Origin: Neodothiora populina
Lineage: Eukaryota
Length of the DNA: 64,000 nucleotides
Direction of reading: 5' to 3'
Assembly: GCF_041146345.1 (NCBI RefSeq)
Contig: NW_027191411.1
Span: 806,001 to 870,000, forward strand
Shown here: positions 36,127-46,809 of the stretch, piece by piece
Layout of the letters: the number at the start of each line of letters is the position of its first letter
Numbering within the stretch: the stretch's first letter is position 1
Program-made: the position numbers and the translations under genes
Notes under the pieces: generated by a model
Told to the model about the DNA's origin: nothing
What the model saw: the letters and a program-made list of their open reading frames with translations, nothing else
The model's database searches: none

Positions 36127-37912
36127 ATGGTAAGCAGCGACCGTCATGAAGACAGCGACGACGTCAAGAAGGACCCGAGTCCGCAGTCTTCGCATTCAAT
36201 AGACGACAACGAAAGATCGATTGCGTCTATTCCAACACCTGAGGAGACATATACGGATGTCTATCAAGAGCAAGGGCAGGAGAAGCAGCCAATCCTAAAG
36301 TGGCGGAAGGCCTATGATACACTGACCTGGACTCCACCTCAGTGTCGATATGATCCGGCACAACCACCGCAATTCAGTGTCGGTCTGAATGTGCTGTTTG
36401 CATTCTCTGCTGGGTTCACCGTTGCGAATCTTTACTATGCCCATCCAATCCTCAACATCTTGGCCGACGAGTTCAATGTGCCGTATGAGAAGGTCGCGCA
36501 GATTCCTACTGTCATGCAGGCTGGATATGCAGCTGGGCTACTGTTCCTGTGCCCGTTGGGAGATATCCTGCGTCGAAGACCGTTTGTACTGAGTCTTGTT
36601 TTTTTTACGGCGACAATGTGGTAGGCTGAAAATGATGATCCCTTCTTCAATGCATTGTTGTGCTGACATTTTCCTCGTCAGGCTTGGACTATGTCTCACG
36701 CAGTCATTAGCAGCATTCACTGGGATATCCTTCATCACTGCCGTGACGACAGTGACACCCCAGCTGATGCTCCCGCTTGTGGGCGATCTAGCTCCACCCA
36801 AGAAACGAGCAGCTTCACTATCCATAGTGACATCCGGTCTCTTACTAGGCATGCTTGTGGCCCGCCTGCTCTCGGGAATCTTGACCAATTACACCCCCTG
36901 GCGCAGCATTTACTGGCTCTCGCTAGGCATCCAGTATGTCATCTTCGGCATGCTCTGGCTCTTCATGCCCGACTACCCAAGCACGAACCCCGACGGCATG
37001 AACTACTTCAAGTTCCTATGGAGCATAGCAGGCATGCTATTCGAAGAGCCGATCCTCGTGCAAGCATGTTTCATATCCTTCTTCACAACAGCGACATTCA
37101 CATGTTTCTGGACCACCCTGACCTTTCTCCTCGCGGGCGCCCCGTACAACTACGACTCGCTGACCATCGGCCTCTTCTCGCTCATCGGCATAGCAAGCAT
37201 GTGCCTAGGGCCGTTCTGGGCGCGCTTCGTAATCGACCGCTTCGTGCCCTTGTTCTCCGTCATCTTGGGCGAGCTGTGGTGCATGCTGGGCATATGCATA
37301 GGCACGTACACGGGATCGTTCACGATAGCGGGGCCCGTCATCCAAGCCTTCTTCAACGACTTCGGGCTGCAGATGGCGCAGATCGCTAATCGCAGTGCCA
37401 TCTACAGCCTGAGTCCCAAGGGCAGAAACAGAGTCAACACGGCGTTCATGGTCGCGACCTTCTGTGGTCAGCTCGTCGGTACCGCGGCCGGTAATCACCT
37501 CTATGCCAGAGGGGGATGGGTTGCCAGTGGTAGCTATAGTGTGGCTAGCATTGGGACTGCGTTGCTTTGTTGTTTCGCGAGAGGTCCCTGGGAGGAGCAC
37601 TGGCTTGGGTGGAGGGGAGGATGGAATCCGAGGAAGAAGGATAAGAATAGTGCTGATGGGAAGTCTGGAGAGACTGTGCTGCATGGACCCGCGAATGACA
37701 CTGCGATGGTTGAAGCAGATGTTGAAAAGGGCCATAATCAGGCAGAGATCAATGAGAAGGCAGACGTGAGAAATAACCTCGAATTGCAGGCTGCGGAGGA
37801 GCCAAAGAAGCCCACATGGAGGGTCAACGAGGAAGACGCTACTGTCGCTCAGCCAAAGCAGCATTCGCAGGAGGACATCACGCCTGCAGCCACGAAACGT
37901 GAGATACCTTGA
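36127..37912 (+). CDS. MFS transporter of unknown substrate. Exons 36127-36620 and 36682-37912
   Basis: FTVANLYYAHPIL, QAGYAAGLLFLCPLGD, TVTPQLMLPL, GMLVARLLSG and RNRVNTAFM. Intron GTAGGC..GCTGAC..CAG. Confidence 0.88.
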
Positions 37913-38331
37913 GTCTGGAATATATGTATCCCATGACAATTGTCTCACGGTGGGTCGGGTCCATCAACAACATGTCACCACAAAGAAGAGGGATGCACGC
38001 AGAATGCAACTCTACAGCTGCATATAATACACGCACGGGTCACATTGCCTCATGCATTTTTACAGAAAAATTACATTGGAATTCAATGTCCTATTGACAC
38101 AACTAGCTAACTAGGTAAGTGACGCGCAGTCGACCCGCTCCCTTATCATTTTTTCTTCCTCCGACCGACGGTGTCGGTCAGATCTGTAATGGTACACATC
38201 ATTGAATGTTCTCCCGCCGCGAATCATCATAGACTTCGTAAAATTACTGGGTCGTAAAATGAGGTCAAAACTCATAAGAATCCCTTCCTTCAAAACTACT
38301 CTCTACTCCATGAGCCGAGAGGAGTTTTGAT

Positions 38332-39882
38332 TTAAAGCTCCTCCTTGACGCGGTCACCTGCCTTCTGTGCAGCCTCGGAGGCTCTGTGCTTGGCAGAGCT
38401 GGCACCCTCGGTAGCGGCGTCGTATGCAGCCTCAGCGTAGCCGGCAGCAGACTTGCCACCCTTCTTGGAGAGAGAGGAGGCGGACGCAGCGGCGGCGTTG
38501 GAGCCAGAACTGGCGGACTTGGAGGCAGCACTGGAACCAGATGTAGCAGACTTGGAGGCAAGGCTAGAGGCAGACGAGGCCGACTTCGAAGCGACGCTGG
38601 AAGCAGAAGAGATGGACTGGGAAGCGACACTGGCGGCAGAGTAGTAAGAAGACTTGGCCTCCTCACCACCGATACCGGCTTGAACTCTGGCCCAATCGTA
38701 CCACTGCTTGGCCTGACCGTAAACACTATCGGTGGCTTGAGCATACTGGTTACCGGCAGAAGTAGTGGCTGCACCGTAGGCGGACGAAGCAGAAGAGGCA
38801 ACGTTGTCACCGGAAAGTCTGGCGCTGTGCTTGCGGGCAAGGGCAACGAGTTCGTTACGCTTGGAACCCTGGGGAACCTTGATGCCGTTCTTGTCGCACC
38901 ATGCCTTGATGTCGCTGTCGGACCATGAGTTCAGGAGGGCATCAGTCAGGGACTGCTTGGCGTCGGCGGCGGAAGATGAGATTGAAGCAGAGGCAGTAGC
39001 AGCCTTGTTGGCAGCGACACGAGAGTTTCTGCGAATGGATGCAATAAGCTTGTCACGAGAGCTGGGCTGAGGAACGGGAATGCCGCGCTCATCGAGCCAA
39101 GCCTTGAGATCAGAGTCGGACCAAGACTCATAGAGCCAGTTGCCAGGATAAGCAGCAGTCTCGCCAATCTTGTTGGCAGTGGACTGGTAGCTGGATCGGG
39201 CAGTCTGGAGGAGAGAGTCACGAGTGCGGGGAGTTGGGTTAGGAATGCCGTGGTAGTCGAGGAAAGCCTTCAGCTGCGACTCAGTCCAACTGTAGTGATG
39301 TTGTCAACGACTTGTGGCCAGCACAGAAAGCGGGGTAAAACTCACGAGTCAAAGACCCAGTCTTGAACAGAGTGGTAAGAATCAGAAGCCTGTTCAGCGG
39401 TCTCATACCAGTAACCCTTGACTTGGCTAAGGAGGCTATCCTTGTTCTTCTCAGTACCTTCCTTGACCTTTTGACCTTGAGATGCTAGATATGACTGCAT
39501 CTGCTTGGTGTCCCAGCTGTTGTATGGCTGGACGACCTTGTCATCCCAGTGGGTCTTGACCAAGTCGACCAGATCCTTACGGTCAGCAGGAGCGGGGTAT
39601 GGGACATCATGGTCAGAGAGCCACCTCTCGAGCTCAGTCTCATGCCACTTGTTGTAAGCTACACGAGGAACAGTCAGTTGCTGACATGAGTAGAACAGAG
39701 ACGCGATATGAGTGGACGAGTCGCGCTTTAAGCTAGCTATGTCATGTTTGAAGAACGAGACGTAGACTAGCTTCTGGAGGAACATAAACAAATGACCTAC
39801 CAGCTTTGCCAAACCAAGTGCTGGCAACAACTCCCTGGGATGCTAATGCGACGACCGCGGCGGTCGCAAGAGAGAACCTCAT
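38332..39882 (-). CDS. ish1: Ish1/Msc1-family stress-responsive nuclear-envelope/ER protein, ~450 aa. Exons 39882-39801, 39658-39346, 39289-38332
   Basis: Hydrophobic N-terminus MRFSLATAAVVALAS. Repeated Ish1 units: WHETELERWLSDHDVPYP, WTESQLKAFLDYHGIP, WSDSDLKAWLDERGIP and WSDSDIKAWCDKNGIK. Ends KEEL*. The last exon is not in the ORF track in this frame. Confidence 0.85.
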
Positions 39883-40084
39883 CTTGATGATTGATTTGAG
39901 AGGGACAGTCTAGACTGGGATTATGGACTGTTTGTAGGTGGAAATGGAGTTGCAGGAGATTGATGCAGTTGTAAAATGAAGGACAAGTGAGGTAGAGTAA
40001 GGCAATGTAAGCTAAGGTAACGTATAGCTCCTTGCTACGAAGACCATGAATTCCTCGTCATTCGAGTTGTTATGGCGTACACCA

Positions 40085-40969
40085 TGACGTCAGTCTGATG
40101 CATTACCCCCGTTCCGCGAACACACATCTTGGATGGGTACGACAGACGAGCCTATTGTCGTCCAGATGGTACATCTATATACGATTCACTTGAGAGTATA
40201 AGAAAGAGCAACTATCTGGAAGTAGCAGCTTATACATACTGGTATAGTGGAATAGCCATAGATAGGCCGCGGCTGTGCGGATTTCTCGGACGCAAAATAT
40301 CTCCGTACGGCGAAACGCTGTCTTGACGTCCATATTGATTCGCATGTTGCGGGGATCGTGTGCCGTAGCGCCAACAACCAATCTCGTCACAACAAGGTAC
40401 TTGATGGAGTCTTCCTGTCACAAATCAACAGGCTTGACGATAAGATGAGCCGCGAGTGCATGCGTTGCCCGTAAAGTTGTAATGGTCCTTCTTTTTTCGG
40501 CAGTAGCCTCACGCAACGCAGAAGCAATTCTCTACTTGCCGCCGATCAACCCACTCGACGAGTAGCTACACCACATAGCGCAGCTGTGCTGGACGGGATG
40601 GCATGTTCATCAGTGCTTGCTGGCTTCACCGAGATTATGAAGCGGAAAGAAGTAAAATGCAAACCCCAGCGGCATGGCGCACCGCACACAGCATCCGCGG
40701 CGGTTAAGGTACCACTTTGCCGAGTCAAGGTACACGTGGAATTAAAAAAAAAGCATCAGGTAACTTGGGTAAGACAAAGACCCAGTGCAACGACCGAGAC
40801 TGCTTACATACTATACGTTCCGTATATATGCGCTCGGTACGACATGGAGTCACGAGTGTCAGCGCGGCAATGTTAGGGTATGGCAGGCCGCGATCGTCCT
40901 ATCTCGCGAGATGTACGATTACACAGCGCTGCATTCTCCGCCCCGAGAACATCCTCCTAGCTGACGTCA
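40085..40969. promoter_or_regulatory. Two perfect CRE/ATF palindromes (TGACGTCA at 40085-40092 and 40962-40969) in the ish1 / membrane-protein divergent promoter
   Basis: Directly visible; near-matches at ~40324 and ~41261. Confidence 0.55.
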
Positions 40970-41520
40970 TGACATGTGCCATAGTAGCACGCGATGTGAT
41001 TGTATCCCTAGGGATAGAGCAATCATGCCTCTCCAGCTGGCCTCTGATATTTCGCTAAAACACCAGGAATTGCTTTTGAAGACTCACGAAAAGTTTACCG
41101 TTTGAGACGTCGATTTCGTTCATCCTAATTTTATTTCCAGGGAACAATGAGGAAATTAGAGATATGCATGCGGCTGATAATTTTCGACACAACATGACAT
41201 CACACGTACCCTGGACTAAAAGCCACGCTAAGGCATGTCGCGGCTGGGACGTTAAGCTTTTGACGTCGTTGGCTTCTAAGCCTTTGCTGCAGGGCCGATC
41301 CTTGTGACGAAGGCGTATTCTTTGAAATGCTCCATTTATGTATTCTGATCATATAACTAAGTCTTCACTCAGTCTCTGATAATTCTTTCCTTCCACTTCA
41401 CCTTGCTCCTTCGCTTCCATCGTCCTTTAGTAGCATCTCTTTTAACACCACAAGTCTCACAAAAGAGATTGAGAGGCAAGAGCATCTAAACCCGACTATA
41501 TCCGCCACACCCTCCTCGAC

Positions 41521-42467
41521 ATGGCGCCAGTTCTTTTCGGCCTGAACTTGGGCGAGTTCAAATGGAGCAAATTTGGAAACAAGAACATGTGGAACAATGT
41601 CTACCATCTCCGACGAACGAAGTTCATCGTCTACCAGTGTGCATTAATATTCTGCGTTATTTCGGAATCTCTGGGCACAGATTGTCTTTCCGATTACGTA
41701 GATCAGCAAGAGTTCATCGCCAAGCTCAACAACAACGCTCTCGAGTACAACGACAACTATGTCGGTATTGCCAGTTACAACATCTTCGCCGGTGTTTTCG
41801 TTGCTTTTGTTTTCGGTGCGGCTTTCTTCTTTGACTTGATCTGGCCAGAGAGACATGAGGACCGCGGTATCCGGATCGCCTGGAAGGTGTGCTCCGTATT
41901 TGCCACCACGGGCTACCTTGCTGCTGCACTGGGCATGACCATTATCACCGCCACAAAGAGCGCCTATGTCACGGGAGTCGGCGCGGACGAGGCATCGCGA
42001 CTTTTGGAGCAATACTCTAAAGCTAGCGAGACTCCTCTTGTTTACAGACACAACGCACGCGCTGTCACTAGTGTCGTTTTCTCATGGCTCGGCTGGGTCA
42101 GCACACTCGCAAGGTAAGCACATGCAAAACCCTGACGCGAATCTTGATCCATACTAACGGACTGCATAGCGCAATCATCTTGATCATTTCCAAGAACCAC
42201 GATGAGCAGTACGGCCCGTGGTCGTCCCACATCATGGCCGCCCGCAACAGCGACCCTGAAGTGAAGGCTGCTTCGGAGAAGGTAGCCCCTCCACCAATCG
42301 GTCCTTCCACTGCCCACCCTATCACCGACACCCTTCCTGCAGCCGGAAGTCAGCCCAAGGAATCGTTTGCGAATGAGTACCCGGAAGCTAACGGCAACAC
42401 TTCGCATAACCACCCGCAAGCTAGCTTTGAGCAAGCCGAAGGTACCAGGCCTGTCAGCACTGTCTGA
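41521..42467 (+). CDS. Hypothetical fungal 4-TM membrane protein. Exons 41521-42113 and 42170-42467
   Basis: Four hydrophobic segments and the motif FGAAFFFDLIWPER. Intron GTAAGC..ACTAAC..TAG preserves frame. Confidence 0.82.
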
Positions 42468-45151
42468 GGAGACCAATACTTTGCTTGAACGCAAAACTGG
42501 GTCTTTTCAATGCTCTTGTCAAATGCAGTCTCCGGCTCTCCAGTAGGACGACAGAGCAAGAACAGACCTCGACTGCGATCTTATACCTGCACTATGCTAT
42601 AGTCTTGCGAAGAATTGACGTAAATGACGATTATGATACGACTAAGAAGAAGAAAGAAAGAAAGAACAAAAACACCTCCGAATATTGGTGACAGAACTAC
42701 ATCTGTCTCAGCTTCTTTTCATACAAGTTTGTTTCCTGCGATTGTACTATAGACACAGCGGTTTTGGGTTGTCTGCTGCATTTTCAATATCCTGCTACAG
42801 ATACAGGGAAGTCGCAGGATTTCATACGGAAGTATTAATACATGCATCGACATGGAGTGGGGTTTAACACGGGAGAAAGTAATGCAAGGGGAGGGAAAGC
42901 GACGGTTGGACAAGGCTTTTAGAACCACAAAAAGGATACCCAGTGTTGTCTTTGTTAATACCAGACATGAACTCTTTTTTATCGTCATGTCTTCACCAGG
43001 CTTTTCGCGATGACCGTGTTCTGAAAATTAAATTAATTCTTTTTCGACAAGATTCGCTACGAGCCGTCGTCGTGCTTTCGCCACAGAGCAAGCAAGTACA
43101 ACCGCTCACGAACAACCTTAAAAGCATATAGAGTTTGCTATAGCAAAGCATCCTCACGATTGGGCTCACGGCACCTCGTTAGAAACATTAATTAGGCGGA
43201 AAAGAAACGCCACTCATGTCTTAGGTACTGTACCTTGACAGTCTTGGTCAGCACACTTATATATTACCTTTGTTTCCCACATGCCGTGCCGTACAGTCTG
43301 TTGTAGGGCAAGGAAGGCGACGGCTGTGCGGTCTATGATACTGCTTCAGACGCGCTCGCAGCCCATGAGCCGTCCGTGTACAGGCCAGAGAAACAATATT
43401 ACTGCTGCCACTATGATGGTAGCTCACTTCACACCCCGGGCTCTGAAGAGTCATTATCCGCGTCCATCCGCGCCTTCGCCCATTATGGTCCCGCGGTCTT
43501 CCATTTGCTTTGACGTTGCATTGAATGCCTGGGGCTTGGGTTTGAGGATCCTCGCGCGCACACGAGCGGGTTGTTTCTCCTGACTCGGTGGGGTGTGTGG
43601 CTTATTCGATGTTAAGGTTGCTTACTCGGTGGGTTCGTTGACTTGCTCTGTCCCTCTCGTCACGATATATGTGGTACGATAGGCTGGACTAAACTACTGT
43701 AGCTAGTCTGTACGAGAGCGGCCACAGGATGGAGCTTCCTTGGGGGTGGACCCACAGAGAGTGAGAGAGAGAGGTGGGCAGCAGGGTAGAGTATCGTTCG
43801 TGGCTTGCTTACTCGTAGTGTATCCGACGACTCGTTCATCGTCATCGTCCCTTGTGGATTTAAGGCCTCTTCTCTTTTGCGTCAACTGCGAGGTACGGCA
43901 AAGCAAGGCACAGAATGGCAAGAGAAGACACGGTAAGAGGACGAGTAAGGCCCATACATGATAAATCGACAACCAAACGACTGCTTGTGAAGCAAACCAG
44001 AGTAACCCGAATCAGTTTCTCGCGTTGTAGCACTCACTTGTCTGTCCATATTCTACTCACCTTGTATGACTGAACTTATGCGATGATGCGCGGTATGCAA
44101 ACATGAGTGCACTAGACCTCGAAACCAGCTATGAGGTCAGGATGCAGGTCAAGAGGACACAGGGAAGAGAAGGATATAGCGATGAAAACCTGCCTGTAGT
44201 ATGCGAATGCGAGACTAGCTAGGTAGTCAATTAGAAGCATAGAGTGTGAGTGAGAGGGCTGAGTATATCATGTAGATTGCCAGTATTACCACCTAGAGCT
44301 ATAATTGTTTGAGCAGTATGACTGTATCTCCGGGATTGTGCGTAGCTTGCCTCAACAAGAGAAGAACCAAAAAAGCGGACAGGAAGAGACAGAAATGATG
44401 CGTAGTCATGCTCCCTTCCCCATATCAATTCTGCTCGAATCCGTTATACTGTCCGCTCACATCCGCATGCACAGTCCAAGATCACATCAGGCAGGGTCGA
44501 GGTAAGGCAGGGGTAAGGTCGAGGTAAGGTATGTGACTCGCAATGACTTTTCTTCACTCATCCGCTTCTCCGCGATCCGGGCGGACGAACGGGGAAAGAA
44601 AGGGAGAGAAAAGACTACGTATGTTGGGTTCCGAAAGGTCCGGATTATAGAACAAGAGTCTAGAACTGTATGACTTGATGTGGGAAATTGTTTTTGAGCA
44701 GTGGGTCTTGTCTTTATAGGCTGGCTGCATCGGGGCATTTGAGAAAACAATAAAGCGGAGTGAAGTGGAAAGCAAGGATATAATATATAATGATGATTTT
44801 TCTTTATGTGGTTCAGACTGCCCTCCTTCCCCACCATCTAGTGGACTTGGACTGACTACCTCTACGTCCATTACATTCGTGCCTTCCGCACCAGCATGCT
44901 GGCGAAACAACTAGCCAGCTACGACCTCCGCTCTCTGCCAGCCTGACGACACGAAACTTGTGATATCCACTGTTCAAGAAGTCACGAATGGACAACCTTT
45001 CGTGACTTGCGCGAATTTGTCGACCTCGCTATACACATCGTTGAGCGCAGAGATAGAGCCAAAGCTCACTACTTTGTGTTATATGTGCCGTGATTTGTAT
45101 GAGTGATGGTCACGGGGACAGGGAGCAAAGGGTGAAGGACCAATAGTAAAT

Positions 45152-46150
45152 CTAGACTTTTCGTCGGTCGGACATGACACGCACGATGCTTCCTGGACCG
45201 GCAATCTCGACGAGCTGGTTTGCGACAATCAGCATTTGTCTCGAGAAAGAGATAATCGTGCTCGCCGTCATCATAGTCAAAAGGAACGGAGGCGCAATGC
45301 AGGTGGAGGCAGAGATAGAAACATCAAGGCTTGGACAAAACTCACCTTTTCGTGCCAGCTGAGCAACACGCTCATGGCGTGACCCTGGCTCTCGCCTGTG
45401 CTTCGGGATTGCATTTGCGAGAAGCCAGTGGGTTGCGGGGTCATTTGCTTTGGTGTGGGCTTGCTGGATGTGGGTGTCGTTGATGCCATTCCCTTGTAAC
45501 TGCACACAGTCCCGCTCGCATCAGTACTAGGTCTTCTTATGTTGCAAATTGGCGGGGGTTCATATCATACAGGTACTTCATCAGCACATCGCAGAGCTCG
45601 GGGCCACCTTCGGAGCTATATATCCGTTGGAGCATGGGAGTCATGTCTGTTTGTCTGATGGACTGGAGGATTTCTGTGACGGTCTGGAGGTGGATGTCCT
45701 GTGATTTCGGGTCATGAGTTAGCAATTGCGACGCCGTGGTACATGGTGTTTCCCCCTGGGCCTCGAGTCGAGATGAATCCCAACGTGCCACTCCCGAGGG
45801 CCTCGACAGTATTCCTTGTTGCTCAAGTATTGCGTATGGCGCATTCCTCGCCCTTGCTCTTTCTCTCCATATTGGAGTCTCCGCAAAGTCTCTTTCTGGT
45901 ATAGCTAGACAAGAATGACACACACCTTTCCCTTGTCGTCGGCTCCGTACGGGGGGTTCTCCAGAGCGCCCTTGAGTGCACCCTCCGAGTCGCCTCCTCT
46001 TAGCAGTTGCTTGACCTGGCCAGAAAGCGTCTGGACATCCTCGGTGGCTACGGGCTGGATCCCAGGAGTCAGAGTGGAAAGGTCGAAGTTGGTGGAGCTT
46101 TCGGGGTCCAGAGCATCAATGTTGATGGTTCGCCAATTGACTTGAGCCAT
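45152..46150 (-). CDS. ARC15: Arp2/3 complex subunit 5 (p16-Arc/ARPC5). Exons 46150-45926, 45698-45571, 45499-45346, 45214-45152
   Basis: NWRTINIDALDPE, GALKGALENPPYG, DVLMKYLYKGMA and SVLLSWHEK|LVEIAGPGSIVRVMSDRR. Confidence 0.92.
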
Positions 46151-46809
46151 TGCGGGGTGTTTGTGTGGATGATGTTCCGGCGATGGGTTTGCGAGGATGT
46201 GGCTGTGGCGTAAAGCAAGAGTTGGTGTTGAATTTGAATACACAACTGTGGCACGGTGGGTTGGGATCGAGAGTCCACGATGAAGGCAGTACGTCAGCCT
46301 ACACTTACGGTATACAACAGGCAGGCACTACTGTACCTTCCCTACCGTAAGTACAAGTACAAGTACAAGTACACTTATACACTCTGTGGGCCTGTGCAGC
46401 GGTAGGGCTGGACGTGGGGGTTCGTGTGCCAAGTCGGGACACGCGTGGCTGTCTGTCTCAGGGCTGGATATACAGTACTACAGTATATGCACAGTATAAG
46501 GTACGTAATCACAGTATAATTGGCAGCACAAAGCCCCGAGTGTTGACGCCGGCTTTAGCCTTTGTTTTGAACATCGTAAATGGTGTAAGTAATGAATGAC
46601 AGAAACGCGAACACTCATACTGAGTATACACATCTCACCACGTCTGGAGTGCTGAACAACATGTCTCTGGTGCCAACAATTCGGAGATACATGTGCCCAG
46701 CCACGACGGAATGAATTGAGACCTCCAGACTCCCATCAAACCGTCCTTTTCGTCTATTGATCCAGGCGCACAATAAACGCGCCGGAATCGCCTCTGCCAC
46801 GCGACCACA

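Noticed and set aside
38265..38928. ORFs 38265-38846(-), 38386-38928(+) and 38453-38644(+, acidic repeat)
   Set aside because: These are alternative-frame or antisense shadows of the repetitive ish1 last exon.
43000..45100. Telomerase RNA, U3, RNase P or RNase MRP gene
   Set aside because: No TAACCCTAA template or recognisable conserved boxes were found by eye. An Infernal search is needed to exclude these fully.
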